A stretch of DNA of 47,235 bases from an uncultured Geminicoccaceae bacterium (GCA_964502115.1 CAZCVH010000001.1:1-47235); one strand, 5' to 3'; numbered from the stretch's first letter, positions 28,689 through 38,832 are shown. Numbers and translations are program-made. The notes: generated by a model from the sequence alone, not told the origin.

Positions 28689-29078
28689 ATGAGCGAACAC
28701 GACCCGCACCATCACCACCACCACGACGACGACGACGACGGACCACGGCCGCTGTTGATCGCCGTGGCCAGCCAAAACGCCCGCACGGTGACGCCGCACG
28801 CCGGGCGCACCCGGCGTTTCCTGCTGTTCACCGCGGACGCCGACGGCACCGTCGCCGAGGCCGGGCGCTACGAGCTGCCCAAGGCGATGACGCTACACGG
28901 CTGGCCGCGGTCGCGGCCGCATCCGCTGTTCTGCGTCGACGTCTTGGTCGTCGGCAGCGCCGGCGAGAACTTCCGCCGCAAGCTCGCCGAGGCCGGCGTG
29001 CGCACGGTGGTGATCGCGGACCTGCCGGTGCGGGACGCGGCCGCGCGCGCCGTCGCCGGCGCCGCCGCGGCTCGGTAG
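28689..29078 (+). CDS. NifX/NifB-family (Nitro_FeMo-Co fold) small protein with His6-Asp5 N-terminal tract
   Basis: MSEHDPHHHHHHDDDDDG, then LIAVASQNARTVTPHAGRTRRFLLF...VDVLVVGSAGENFRRKLAEAGVRTVV. This fits the family pattern (IAVAS...v..HFGr...F.i ... DvlivggiG......L...GI.v). GTG 28680 is an alternative start. Confidence 0.6.
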   Translation: MSEHDPHHHHHHDDDDDGPRPLLIAVASQNARTVTPHAGRTRRFLLFTADADGTVAEAGRYELPKAMTLHGWPRSRPHPLFCVDVLVVGSAGENFRRKLAEAGVRTVVIADLPVRDAAARAVAGAAAAR

Positions 29079-29252
29079 CTCGCCGCGCCGCCCGACCGAT
29101 CGGACACCGCGCCGATGGTGACGATGCGGCCGGTGCGATCGATCTTGTCCACCTTTCGCTTCTCCGCCTTCTCGGTGGCAGCTCGACAGCGCCTGCGGCC
29201 ATCGTCCAGCCGCACCCTTTATCGCGGCACCGCGCTCGGCTAGGAGGATGCC

Positions 29253-29444
29253 ATGAACACGCTCGGATACCTCACGATCACCGCGATGGTGATTACGGCG
29301 ATCATCCTCGTCATCGGCATGACCGGCTTCTATCGTGGCGGCGAGTTCAACCGCCGCTACGGCAACGTCATGATGCGGGCACGGGTCGTGAGCCAGGGCG
29401 TCACCCTCATCCTGCTGGTCCTCTTCCTGCTGAGCCGGAGCTGA
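29253..29444 (+). CDS. Twin transmembrane helix small protein (HIG1-domain family)
   Basis: 63 aa with two TM helices flanking ...FYRGGEFNRRYGNVMMRARV.... A strong RBS (AGGAGG) lies 5 nt upstream. Confidence 0.8.
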   Translation: MNTLGYLTITAMVITAIILVIGMTGFYRGGEFNRRYGNVMMRARVVSQGVTLILLVLFLLSRS

Positions 29445-29448
29445 GCAC

Positions 29449-30003
29449 ATGGTCACGCTGAGCAAGATCTACACGCGCGGCGGCGACGAGGGCAAAACCT
29501 CGCTCGGCGACGGCACCCGCGTCGCCAAGTACAGTCTGCGGGTGGAAAGCTACGGCACCGTCGACGAGGCCAACGCCGTCATCGGCGAAGCCCGGCTCGA
29601 CACCGTGGGCGACGTCGACGCCATGCTGGCGCGGATCCAGAACGACCTGTTCGACCTGGGCGCGGACCTCTGCCGTCCCGGCGACGACGACCAGGGCCTG
29701 CGCGTCAGCGAGGGCCAGGTCGAGCGCCTCGAGCAGGAAATCGACAAGATGAACGAGACGCTCCAACCGCTGACCTCGTTCGTGTTGCCGGGCGGCACGG
29801 CCGCCTCGGCGCGGCTCCATTTCGCGCGCACGGTGGTACGCCGCGCCGAGCGGCTGGTGACGGCGCTGGCGGCCAAGGAGGTCGTGTCACCGGCGGCGGT
29901 ACGCTACCTCAATCGGCTCTCGGACTATCTCTTCGTCGCCGCGCGCTATCTCAACGACAACGGCGTGGGCGACGTGCTCTGGGTTCCGGGGGCGCATCGC
30001 TGA
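29449..30003 (+). CDS. Cob(I)yrinic acid a,c-diamide / cob(I)alamin adenosyltransferase, PduO type
   Basis: N-terminal IYTRGGDEGKTSLGDG...VESYGTVDEANA and the helical bundle typical of PduO-type ACA; 184 aa. Confidence 0.9.
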   Translation: MVTLSKIYTRGGDEGKTSLGDGTRVAKYSLRVESYGTVDEANAVIGEARLDTVGDVDAMLARIQNDLFDLGADLCRPGDDDQGLRVSEGQVERLEQEIDKMNETLQPLTSFVLPGGTAASARLHFARTVVRRAERLVTALAAKEVVSPAAVRYLNRLSDYLFVAARYLNDNGVGDVLWVPGAHR

Positions 30004-30110
30004 GCGCGGCAGGGGGCGTGATTGACAACCCCGCGAGCGGAGCGCTATCGCGCAGTGCAGCATAAGGTGAGATCAATTGCCCGCGTCCGGCGCGGGCTGG
30101 GGTGGCGCCG

Positions 30111-30872
30111 ATGAAGATCCTCGTACCCGTCAAACGGGTCGTCGACTACAACGTGACCGTACGGGTGAAGGCCGACGGCAGCGGGGTCGAGACGGCCAAC
30201 GTCAAAATGTCGATGAACCCCTTCGACGAGATCGCGAACGAGGAGGCGATCCGACTGAAGGAGGCCGGCACCGCGAGCGAGGTCGTCGCGGTCAGCATCG
30301 GCGAGGCCAAGGCCCAGGAGACCCTGCGCACGGCGATGGCGATGGGGGCCGACCGGGCCGTCCACGTCGCCACCGACGCCCGCACCGACACCGAGCTCCA
30401 GCCGCTGGCCGTCGCCAAGCTGCTGCGGGCGGTGGTCGAGCGCGAGCAACCCGATCTGGTGCTGATGGGCAAGCAGGCGATCGACGACGACAGCAACCAG
30501 ACCGGCCAGATGCTGGCGGCGCTGTTGGGCTGGCCGCAGGCCACCTTCGCCTCGAAGATCGAGGCCGGTGACGGAGAGCTGCACGTCACCCGCGAGATCG
30601 ACGCCGGGCTGGAGAAGATCGCGGTCAAGCTGCCGGCGATCGTGACCACCGATCTGCGCCTCAACGAGCCACGCTACGCCTCGCTGCCCAATATCATGAA
30701 GGCGAAGAAGAAGCCGGTCGACCAGCTCGGCCCCGAGGAACTCGGGGTGGAGACGTCGCCCCGGCTCACCTACGTTCACGTGGAGGAGCCGCCCAAGCGT
30801 CAAGGCGGCGTCCGGGTCGCCGACATCGACGAGCTGTTGACCAAGCTCAATACCGAAGCGGGGGTGGTCTGA
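30111..30872 (+). CDS. etfB: Electron transfer flavoprotein subunit beta
   Basis: [26 protein letters not shown]...[17 protein letters not shown]. Confidence 0.95.
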   Translation: MKILVPVKRVVDYNVTVRVKADGSGVETANVKMSMNPFDEIANEEAIRLKEAGTASEVVAVSIGEAKAQETLRTAMAMGADRAVHVATDARTDTELQPLAVAKLLRAVVEREQPDLVLMGKQAIDDDSNQTGQMLAALLGWPQATFASKIEAGDGELHVTREIDAGLEKIAVKLPAIVTTDLRLNEPRYASLPNIMKAKKKPVDQLGPEELGVETSPRLTYVHVEEPPKRQGGVRVADIDELLTKLNTEAGVV

Positions 30873-31819
30873 TGGCAAAGGTCCTGGTCGTCGCCGAGCA
30901 CGACAACGCCAAGCTCGACAAGGCCACGCTTCACGCCGTCGCCGCCGGCGCGCGGCTGGGCGACGTCACGGTGCTGGTCGCCGGCCACGACGTCCGCGCC
31001 GTCGCCGACGCCGCCGCCGCGGTCGAGGGCGTCGCCAAGGTCGTCCACGTCGACGATGCCCTCTATGGGAACCCGGTGGCGGAAGACCTCGCCGCCCTCG
31101 TCGTCGCGATGGCCGAGGGCTACGACGTGTTCGCCGGCGGTTCTTCGACCTTCGGCAAGAACCTGATGCCGCGGGTGGCGGCGCTACTCGACGTGGCGCA
31201 GATCTCCGACGTCGTCGAGATCCTGGGCGACGACACCTTCAAGCGCTTCATCTACGCCGGCAACGCGCTCGCCACGGTGAAGACGGTCGACGCCAAGAAG
31301 GTGATCACCGTCCGGACGACCGCCTTTCCGCCCGCGGCGGAGAGCGGCGGTGCCGCCGGCGTCGAGACCATCCAGGCTGTGGCGCCGACCGAACTCGCCC
31401 GTTTCCTCGGCCGCGAGGTCTCGGCCTCCGAGCGCCCCGAGCTGACCTCGGCCCGAGTGGTGGTATCGGGCGGCCGCGGCCTCGGGTCCGGCGAGAATTT
31501 CAGCGTGGTCGAGGCGCTCGCCGACCAGCTCGGCGCCGCGGTGGGGGCCTCGCGCGCCGCGGTGGACGCCGGTTACGTCCCCAACGACTACCAGGTCGGC
31601 CAGACCGGCAAGATCGTCGCGCCCGAACTCTACATCGCGGTCGGCATCTCCGGCGCCATCCAGCACCTCGCCGGGATGAAGGACAGCAAGATCATCGTGG
31701 CGATCAACAAGGATGAAGAAGCGCCGATCTTTCAGGTCGCGGATTACGGCTTGGTCGGGGACTTGTTCCAGTTGGTGCCACAGCTCACCGACGCCTTGAA
31801 GCAGAGCAAGGCGGCCTGA
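30872..31819 (+). CDS. etfA: Electron transfer flavoprotein subunit alpha
   Basis: ...VVSGGRG...[37 protein letters not shown] (FAD-binding signature). The start overlaps the etfB stop by 1 nt (TGATG). Confidence 0.95.
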   Translation: MAKVLVVAEHDNAKLDKATLHAVAAGARLGDVTVLVAGHDVRAVADAAAAVEGVAKVVHVDDALYGNPVAEDLAALVVAMAEGYDVFAGGSSTFGKNLMPRVAALLDVAQISDVVEILGDDTFKRFIYAGNALATVKTVDAKKVITVRTTAFPPAAESGGAAGVETIQAVAPTELARFLGREVSASERPELTSARVVVSGGRGLGSGENFSVVEALADQLGAAVGASRAAVDAGYVPNDYQVGQTGKIVAPELYIAVGISGAIQHLAGMKDSKIIVAINKDEEAPIFQVADYGLVGDLFQLVPQLTDALKQSKAA

Positions 31820-31842
31820 CACGCCCCCGAGGACGAACCCGC

Positions 31843-32754
31843 ATGGTTGCCGAGGCCGAGAACGAACATCCGCCGATTCCCGAGATCGCCCGCATCGGCA
31901 TCGTCGGCGCCGGTCAGATGGGCGGCGGGATCGCGCAGGTGGCGGCGCAGAACGGTTTCGACGTGCGCCTGCTCGACGTCGACCAGGCGCGGCTGGACGA
32001 CGCCCTCGCCCGTATCCGCAGCGGCCTCGAGCGCCTCGTCAAGCGCGAGGTGATCCGCGACGACGAGGTGCAGGCCACGCTCGCGCGTATCCGCACCGGC
32101 CTCGATTACGACATGCTCGCCGACGTCGAGCTCGTGATCGAGGCGGCGAGCGAGAACGAGGAGATCAAGCGCAAGATACTGCAATCGCTGTTGCGGGTGC
32201 TGCGCCCCGAGGCGGTGATCGCGACCAATACGTCGTCGATCTCGGTCACCCGGCTGGCGGCGACGACCGATCGTCCCGAGCGCTTCATCGGCATGCACTT
32301 CATGAACCCGGTGTCGCGGATGAATCTGATCGAGGTGATCCGCGGCATCGCCACCCAGGAGGATACCTACCGCGCGGTCCGCACCGTCGCCCACAAGATG
32401 GGCAAAGAATCCGTGACCGCCGAGGATTTCCCTGCCTTCATCGTCAACCGCATTCTCCTGCCGATGGTCAACGAGGCCGTCTACACGCTCCTCGAGGGTG
32501 TCGGCAACGTCGAGAGCATCGACACGGCGATGAAGCTCGGGGCCAACCATCCGATGGGACCGTTGGAGCTCGCCGACTTCATCGGCCTCGACACCTGCCT
32601 GTCGATCATGATGGTCCTGTACGACGGCCTCAACGACAGTAAGTACCGGCCGTGTCCACTGCTGATCAAATACGTCGAGGCGGGCTGGCTCGGGCGCAAG
32701 ACCAAGCGCGGCTTCTACGACTATCGCGGTGAGGTACCCGTTCCGACCCGGTGA
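31843..32754 (+). CDS. hbd: 3-hydroxybutyryl-CoA dehydrogenase
   Basis: Rossmann IGIVGAGQMGGGIAQ, ...TNTSSISVT..., HFMNPV..M.LIEVIRG, and C-terminal GRKTKRGFYDY. Confidence 0.9.
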   Translation: MVAEAENEHPPIPEIARIGIVGAGQMGGGIAQVAAQNGFDVRLLDVDQARLDDALARIRSGLERLVKREVIRDDEVQATLARIRTGLDYDMLADVELVIEAASENEEIKRKILQSLLRVLRPEAVIATNTSSISVTRLAATTDRPERFIGMHFMNPVSRMNLIEVIRGIATQEDTYRAVRTVAHKMGKESVTAEDFPAFIVNRILLPMVNEAVYTLLEGVGNVESIDTAMKLGANHPMGPLELADFIGLDTCLSIMMVLYDGLNDSKYRPCPLLIKYVEAGWLGRKTKRGFYDYRGEVPVPTR

Positions 32755-32825
32755 GCGGGAGGAACGGTGGTCGCGCAGCGGCGGGATGCTATGTCCCCAG
32801 GGGTTGCAACCTCGGGAGATCGGCC

Positions 32826-33248
32826 ATGCGCAGCCTCGCCCTCGTCGTGCTGTTGACCTTCGCCAGCATCGTCCCCGCCGCCGCGATCGACCTCGCGCCC
32901 GCCGAGCGGGACGCGATCAAAGCGGTCGTCGAGGCCCAGCTCGATGCGTTTCGGCGCGACGACGGAACGGAAGCCTTCGGCTACGCCTCGCCTGCGATCC
33001 GTCGGATGTTCGAGACGCCCGGACAATTCATGACCATGGTGGAGCGGGGCTACGCTGCGGTCTACCGCCCGCAGCGCGTCGAGTTCCGCGACGTCGTGCG
33101 CTACCGTGATCGGATCACCCAGCGGGTCTACGTCGTCGGGCCCGACGGCGTGCCCGTCGTCGCCAACTACCTGATGGAGCAGCAGGACGACGGCAGCTGG
33201 CGGATCGATGGTTGTATCCTCGAAGAAATCCCCGATATCTCGGTCTGA
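32826..33248 (+). CDS. DUF4864 domain-containing secreted protein
   Basis: Signal peptide MRSLALVVLLTFASIVPAAA, then AIKAVVEAQLDAFRRDDGTEAFGYASPAIRRMFETPGQFMTMVERGYAAVYRP, which matches the DUF4864 pattern as I recall it. GGGAG lies upstream of the ATG at 32826. Confidence 0.7.
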   Translation: MRSLALVVLLTFASIVPAAAIDLAPAERDAIKAVVEAQLDAFRRDDGTEAFGYASPAIRRMFETPGQFMTMVERGYAAVYRPQRVEFRDVVRYRDRITQRVYVVGPDGVPVVANYLMEQQDDGSWRIDGCILEEIPDISV

Positions 33249-33251
33249 AGA

Positions 33252-34169
33252 TCAAGCTTCACGCGAGATCGAGTAGCGGTCGCGCGGCTCGATGACGAGA
33301 TCGCCCATGAGCTTGCCGGCGACAGCGAGGACCAGCAGGGCGAGCAACAACCGCAGCTGCTCGCCACCCAGAAAGGCGCCGATGCGCGAGCCCCATTGGG
33401 CACCGACGACGCCGCCGACGATCAGGAGCGCCGCCAGGATGACGTCGACGGTGCCGTTGTTGACCGCGTGCAGGAAGGTCGTGAGCGCGCTCACGAAAGT
33501 GATCTGAAACAGCGAGGTCCCGATGACCACCGCCGTCGGCATGCCGATGAAGTAGATCATGGCGGGCACGATGATGAAGCCGCCGCCGACGCCCATCATC
33601 GCCCCCAGCATGCCGACCCCGAAACCGACGGCGAAAGGCATCGCCAAGCTGATGCGCAAACGCGAGCGCGGAAAGCGGACCTTGAGCGGCAGGTGATGGG
33701 TCCAATTCCGGCGGCGGCGCTCGCGTACGAGCCGCCCGCCGGCGCGGCGCGAACGCCACCAACTGGCGACGCTCTCGAACAGCATGAAGCCGCCGACGAT
33801 ACCCAGGAAGACGACGTAGAGCACCGCCACCAGGAGGTCGACCTGGCCTTGCTGCTTGAACCACGAGAACACCAACACGCCGAGCGTCGAGCCGAGTGCG
33901 CCGCCCGCGGTCAGGACCCAGCCCATGCGGAAGTCGACCGTTTGGCGGCGCGTGTGCGCCAGCACCCCCGATACCGACGACGCCAGGATCTGCGCCGCCT
34001 GGGTCGCCACCGCCACCGCCGCCGGGATACCGATGAAGATCAACAGCGGCGTCATCAAGAAGCCGCCGCCGACGCCGAAGATCCCCGAGAGGAAGCCCAC
34101 GCCCGCACCGAGCCCGAGGACGAGCAGCGCGTTCACCGACATCTCGGCGATCGGAAGGTAGAGGTCCAT
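33252..34169 (-). CDS. Sulfite exporter TauE/SafE family (DUF81) membrane protein
   Basis: 305 aa with two homologous halves, each with a G-rich TM motif (GIFGVGGGFLMTP and GAMMGVGGGFIIVP). Confidence 0.85.
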   Translation of the reverse strand: MDLYLPIAEMSVNALLVLGLGAGVGFLSGIFGVGGGFLMTPLLIFIGIPAAVAVATQAAQILASSVSGVLAHTRRQTVDFRMGWVLTAGGALGSTLGVLVFSWFKQQGQVDLLVAVLYVVFLGIVGGFMLFESVASWWRSRRAGGRLVRERRRRNWTHHLPLKVRFPRSRLRISLAMPFAVGFGVGMLGAMMGVGGGFIIVPAMIYFIGMPTAVVIGTSLFQITFVSALTTFLHAVNNGTVDVILAALLIVGGVVGAQWGSRIGAFLGGEQLRLLLALLVLAVAGKLMGDLVIEPRDRYSISREA

Positions 34170-34294
34170 GACCGGGATGATCCCCGCGAGACGGCGCGAC
34201 GATTGCGGCGGCCCCCGACGCTGTCAAGCGAGCACCGTCGAGAGGGCGACGGCGCGCCGAGGTCGCGCTTGACCTGCGGGGCGGGCGCACGACG

Positions 34295-35710
34295 ATGAAT
34301 GCTGCCGTGCCACCACCCGACGCCGCCATGTCCGCCCCCGCCCCGCCGTCGCCGCGCCGCTGGCGCCGTTTGCTCCTCCTGCCGCCGCTGCTCCTGGGCG
34401 TCGCCCTCCTCACCTGGCAGATCCGCGCCGACCGCGCTCCCGACGCGCCCGTGGCGAGTGAGCGGAAGGTCGCGGTCGAGGTCGTCGAGGTCCGACCGCG
34501 CGCGCTCACACCGCGAACGGTCGGCTACGGCACGGTCGTGCCGGCGCGAACCTGGCGCGCCACCGCCGAGGTCGCCGGCCGGATCGTCGAACGCCACGAG
34601 CGCCTGGAGCGCGGCCGCCTGCTGCCGGCCGGCACGCTCCTGGCGAAGATCGAGCGCAGCGATTTCGAGCTCGCCGCCACCCGCGCCCGCGCCGAGATCC
34701 GCCGCCTCGAGGCCCAAATCGAGCAGCTCGAGATCCGCGGCGAGAACCTCGAACGTTCGCTGGAGATCCAGGAGCGCGCGGTGCGCCTCGCCGAGGCCGA
34801 TCTCGCCCGCCAGCGCCAGCTCGTCGAGCGCGGCAACACCAGCGAGGCCGCCGTCGACCAGGCCGAGACCGAGCTCTTGATGCGCCGCGAGCAGCTCCAG
34901 AACGTGCGCTCCAGCTTCGCCGAGCTCGACCCTGAGATCGCCGTGCGCGAGGCCGACCTCGAGGTGCGCCGCGCCGAGCTGCGCGACACCGAGCTCGACC
35001 TCGAGCGGACCGAGCTCTACCTGCCCTTCGACGCCCGCGTCGCCGACGTCGAGGTCGAGGAGGGCGAGTACGTCAGCCCCGGCACGGTGCTGGCCAACTT
35101 CGACAGCGTCGAGCGCGCCGAGGTCGACGCCCAGTTCGGCCTCGCCCAGCTGAGACCGCTCATCCCCGACGACATCGAGCTCGGCCGGCTCGACATCCGC
35201 GGCCTCGCCGAACTCCCCGAGCGGCTCGGCTTCGACGTCGAGGTGCGCCTGCGCGAAGGCCGCCTCGACGTCGCGTGGGACGCCCGCTTCGAGCGCGCGA
35301 GCGACCGCGTCGACGCCCAGACCCGCACCCTCGGGCTCATCGTCGCGGTCGACGACCCTTATGCGATGCGCCGCCCGAGCGGCGGGCCACCGCTGACCAA
35401 GGGCATGTTCGTCGAGGTCGTGATCGAGGGGCGCCCGCTCGAGGACCGCCTGGTCGTCCCGCTCGAGGCGGTGCGCCGGCGCGACCGCGACGCGGTGCTC
35501 TACCTCGCCGACGTCGACGACCGGCTGGTGATCCGCCCGGTCACCCTCGGCGCGGTGATCGGCGAGGAGGCGGTGATCGCGGCCGGCCTCGACGCCGGCG
35601 AGCGTGTCGTCGTCAGTGACCTGCAACCCGCCGTCGCCGGCATGGCACTCGACGTCACCGCGCGCACGCTCGCGCCGGCGCCGACGACGGTGAGCGAGGC
35701 GCGGCCGTGA
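34295..35710 (+). CDS. Efflux RND transporter periplasmic adaptor (membrane fusion protein)
   Basis: N-terminal TM anchor, a long coiled-coil hairpin (AELAATRARAEIRRLEAQIEQLE...LARQRQLVERG), and barrel/lipoyl-like segments. The stop overlaps the RND pump start (GTGA). The exact start is uncertain. Confidence 0.85.
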   Translation: MNAAVPPPDAAMSAPAPPSPRRWRRLLLLPPLLLGVALLTWQIRADRAPDAPVASERKVAVEVVEVRPRALTPRTVGYGTVVPARTWRATAEVAGRIVERHERLERGRLLPAGTLLAKIERSDFELAATRARAEIRRLEAQIEQLEIRGENLERSLEIQERAVRLAEADLARQRQLVERGNTSEAAVDQAETELLMRREQLQNVRSSFAELDPEIAVREADLEVRRAELRDTELDLERTELYLPFDARVADVEVEEGEYVSPGTVLANFDSVERAEVDAQFGLAQLRPLIPDDIELGRLDIRGLAELPERLGFDVEVRLREGRLDVAWDARFERASDRVDAQTRTLGLIVAVDDPYAMRRPSGGPPLTKGMFVEVVIEGRPLEDRLVVPLEAVRRRDRDAVLYLADVDDRLVIRPVTLGAVIGEEAVIAAGLDAGERVVVSDLQPAVAGMALDVTARTLAPAPTTVSEARP

Positions 35711-38700
35711 TCGAGCTGTTCGCGCGCCACCCCACCGCCGCCAACCTGCTCATGGTGCTGATGCTGGTGCTGGGCGCCGTGAGCCTGCCCCAGCTCGAGC
35801 GCGCCACCTTCCCCGAGTTCGAGGCCGACAGCGTCGCCGTCACGGTGCCCTACCCCGGGGCCTCGGCCGCCGACGGCGAGGAGGCCATCTGCCTGCCGAT
35901 CGAGGAGGCGCTCGAGGGTCTGGTCGATCTCGACGAGCTGCGCTGCGCGGCGCGCGAGGGCGTCGTCACAACCACCGCGGATCTTCGCGACGGCGGTAAT
36001 CTGTCGCGCTTCGTCGCCAACGTGCGCACCGAGATCGACGCCATCGACAGCTTTCCCGACCTCGCCGAGCCGCCGGTGGTGCGCGAGCTCAACCTCACCG
36101 ACCGCGTCGTCTCGATCGCCGTCACCGGCCCGATGGGCGAGCGCGATCTCAAGCGCTACGCCGAGGATCTGAAGACGCGGCTGCTGCGCGAGACCTCCGT
36201 GCGCACGGTGGACGTCGGCGGCTTCGCCGTGCCGGAGATCCGCATCGAGCTCGACCCGGCGATGCTCAGGCGATTCGGGCTCGACCTGGGCGAGGTCGCC
36301 GACATCGTCCGGCGTCAGAGCCTGGATCTGCCGACCGGCACGGTGGAGACCCGCGGCCAGGACCTGCTCGTGCGGCTCGCCGACAAGCGCCGCTCGCCCG
36401 CGCGCTTCGCCGATCTCGTCATCGTCGGCGGCGACAGCGGCGGCGAGGTCCGCCTCGGACAGATCGCGCGCATCACCGAGGATTACGACGACGACGCCGT
36501 GCGGATCGAGCTCGACGGTGAGCGCGCCGCCGTGCTCGGGATCAAGAAGAACGACGACCAGGACACCCTCGACCTCAAGGCCGAGGTCGACCGCTTCTTG
36601 GAGCGCGAGCGCGCCACCGCAGCACCGGGCGTGCGCCACGTCATCACCCGCGACACCGCCTCGGTGGTCCAGGACCGCGTCGACCTCCTGGTCGAGAACG
36701 GCATCTTGGGCCTCGGGCTGGTCTTCGCGGTGATGTGGGCGGTCTTTTCGTTCCGCTTCGCCTTCTGGGTGGCGATGGCGTTGCCGGCGACCTTCCTCGC
36801 CGCCTGCGCGGCGATGGTGGCGTTCGGCTACTCGATCAACATGATCACGATGGTGGCGCTGTTGATCGCCATCGGCGTGATCATGGACGACAGCATCGTC
36901 ATCGCCGAGAACATCGCCGCCAAGCGGCAGGAGGGCATGGCGCCCGCCGACGCCGCGGTCGCCGGGGCGCGGCAGGTCGTCCCCAGCGTCTTCGCCTCCT
37001 TCGCCACCTCGATCTGCGTCTTCGTCCCGCTCGCCTTCTTGGAGGGCAACATCGGCAAAGTGCTCTCGGCCGTGCCGGTGGTGCTCATCATGGTGCTGGT
37101 GTTCAGCCTCATCGAGGCGTTCTTGATCTTGCCGCACCACGTCAAGGGCGCGCTCGTCGACGACGACCGGCCGTCGCGCTTCCATCGCGGCGTGCGGCGG
37201 GGCTTCGACCACGTGCGCGAGCACGTCCTCGGGCGCTTGATCGACCGTGCCGTCGAGTGGCGCTACCTCGTCTTGGGCCTCGTCGCCTTCGTGGTGCTGG
37301 CTGCGGTGTCGTTGGTGGCGGGCGGTCAGGTCGGCTTTCGCGCCTTTCCCGACCTCGAGGGCGATACCATCGAGGCCCGCGTGCTGATGCCCCAGGGCAC
37401 CCCGCTCGCCCGCACCCGCGCGGTAGTCGACGACCTCCTGGCGGGCCTCGACGAGGTCGACGCCGCCACCACGGCCACACACCCCGAGGGCCGCTCGCTG
37501 GTACGCGCCCGCTTCGTGCGCCTGGGCGAGAACGCCGACGTCAGCGAGAACGGCGCCCATCTGGCCAGCGTCGTCGTCGACCTCATCGCCAACGAGGAGC
37601 GCCACGTCCCGGTGCCGGAACTCCTGCGCCGCTGGCGCGCGACGGTCGGCACGGTGGCGGACGCCAGCGTCGTCACCTTCAAAGAGCCGATCATCGGCCC
37701 CGGCGGGCGGGCGATCGAGATCCAGCTCAAAGGCGACGACCTCGCCACGCTGGGGCGCGCCGCCGACGAGCTGCAGGCCTGGCTCGGCCGCTTCGATGGC
37801 GTCACCGACCTCCACCACGACCTGCGCGAGGGCAAGCCCGAGATCCGGCTGACGCTGCGCGAGGGCGCGCGTGCGCTCGGCCTCGACGGCCGCATGCTGG
37901 CCGATCAGGTCCGCGCCGCGCTCACCGGCGACATGGCCACCGAGCTGCAGCTCGGCCGCGAGACCGTCGAGGTCAACGTGCTGTTGAGCCGGCCCGACCG
38001 CGACGCCGTGGCGGATCTGGAGACGTTCCCGATCCACCTCCCCGACGACGGCATGGTGCCGCTCGGGACCGTCGCCGACTTCGCCTGGGACCGCGGGCTC
38101 GCGCAGATCAACCGCGTCGACGGCGAGCGCGTCGTCACCCTCACCGGCGAGGTCGACCGTGCGGCGATGAACGTCAACCAACTGCTCGACACGGCGCTCG
38201 TGGAGATCGTGCCCGAGCTGGAGGCGCGTGATCCCGGGCTCACGGTGAACCTCGAGGGCGAGCGCGCCGAGCAGGCGGAGACGGGCGCCTCGATGCGCCG
38301 CGCCTTCCTGATCGGCGTGCTGGCGATGTTCGTGCTGTTGAGCTTCCTCTTCCGCAGCTACGCCGAGCCGATGATCGTGCTGTTGGCGATCCCCACCGCC
38401 GCCATCGGCGTCGTCGGCGGCCATCTGGCGCTGGGCCTCGACCTCTCGATGCCGTCGGTGCTGGGCTTCGCGGCGCTGGCCGGCATCGTCGTCAACGATT
38501 CGATCCTGCTCGTGACCTTCGTGAAGATCCGCGCGCGCGAGTACGGTGACGTCGTCGCCGCCGCCAAGCAGGCCAGCCGCGACCGCTTCCGCGCGGTGGT
38601 GCTGACCTCGCTCACGACCATCGCTGGCGTCACGCCCATCCTGTTCGAGACCAGCCTGCAGGCGCAGGTGCTGATCCCGCTGGTGACCTCGCTCGCCTTC

Positions 38701-38832
38701 GGGCTCTTGGCCTCGACCGTGCTGGTGTTGATCGTGATCCCGTGCGCCTTCGCGGTGTTGCACGACCTGAGCCTCGCCACCACCGCCGGCACGGCTGTCC
38801 GGGGTGCCGCCCAGCCGGCCGCCGGCGACTGA
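35707..38832 (+). CDS. Efflux RND transporter permease (AcrB/AcrD/AcrF family)
   Basis: 1041 aa, 12-TM pseudo-duplicated architecture. MIELFARHPTAANLLMVLMLVLG..., with conserved TM4/TM10-type segments (AIGVIMDDSIVIAENI, LAGIVVNDSILLV). Confidence 0.95.
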   Translation: MIELFARHPTAANLLMVLMLVLGAVSLPQLERATFPEFEADSVAVTVPYPGASAADGEEAICLPIEEALEGLVDLDELRCAAREGVVTTTADLRDGGNLSRFVANVRTEIDAIDSFPDLAEPPVVRELNLTDRVVSIAVTGPMGERDLKRYAEDLKTRLLRETSVRTVDVGGFAVPEIRIELDPAMLRRFGLDLGEVADIVRRQSLDLPTGTVETRGQDLLVRLADKRRSPARFADLVIVGGDSGGEVRLGQIARITEDYDDDAVRIELDGERAAVLGIKKNDDQDTLDLKAEVDRFLERERATAAPGVRHVITRDTASVVQDRVDLLVENGILGLGLVFAVMWAVFSFRFAFWVAMALPATFLAACAAMVAFGYSINMITMVALLIAIGVIMDDSIVIAENIAAKRQEGMAPADAAVAGARQVVPSVFASFATSICVFVPLAFLEGNIGKVLSAVPVVLIMVLVFSLIEAFLILPHHVKGALVDDDRPSRFHRGVRRGFDHVREHVLGRLIDRAVEWRYLVLGLVAFVVLAAVSLVAGGQVGFRAFPDLEGDTIEARVLMPQGTPLARTRAVVDDLLAGLDEVDAATTATHPEGRSLVRARFVRLGENADVSENGAHLASVVVDLIANEERHVPVPELLRRWRATVGTVADASVVTFKEPIIGPGGRAIEIQLKGDDLATLGRAADELQAWLGRFDGVTDLHHDLREGKPEIRLTLREGARALGLDGRMLADQVRAALTGDMATELQLGRETVEVNVLLSRPDRDAVADLETFPIHLPDDGMVPLGTVADFAWDRGLAQINRVDGERVVTLTGEVDRAAMNVNQLLDTALVEIVPELEARDPGLTVNLEGERAEQAETGASMRRAFLIGVLAMFVLLSFLFRSYAEPMIVLLAIPTAAIGVVGGHLALGLDLSMPSVLGFAALAGIVVNDSILLVTFVKIRAREYGDVVAAAKQASRDRFRAVVLTSLTTIAGVTPILFETSLQAQVLIPLVTSLAFGLLASTVLVLIVIPCAFAVLHDLSLATTAGTAVRGAAQPAAGD

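Noticed and set aside
28704-28736. A His6-Asp5 stretch that might be an engineered affinity tag or enterokinase-like site (cloning-vector contamination), given the adapter at the contig start.
   Set aside because: The flanks are native-looking GC-rich sequence with no vector-like features. The tract is DDDDDG, not DDDDK. It lies 33 kb from either contig end, inside a coherent ORF, so I treat it as natural.
30022-30051. A sigma70-like promoter upstream of etfB: TTGACA (30022-30027), an 18-nt spacer, then TATCGC. It is followed by a GCCCGCG-tccgg-CGCGGGC hairpin.
   Set aside because: The -35 is perfect but the -10 matches only TAT. Alphaproteobacterial promoters are hard to call by eye, and there is no supporting evidence. 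I note it only as a hypothesis.
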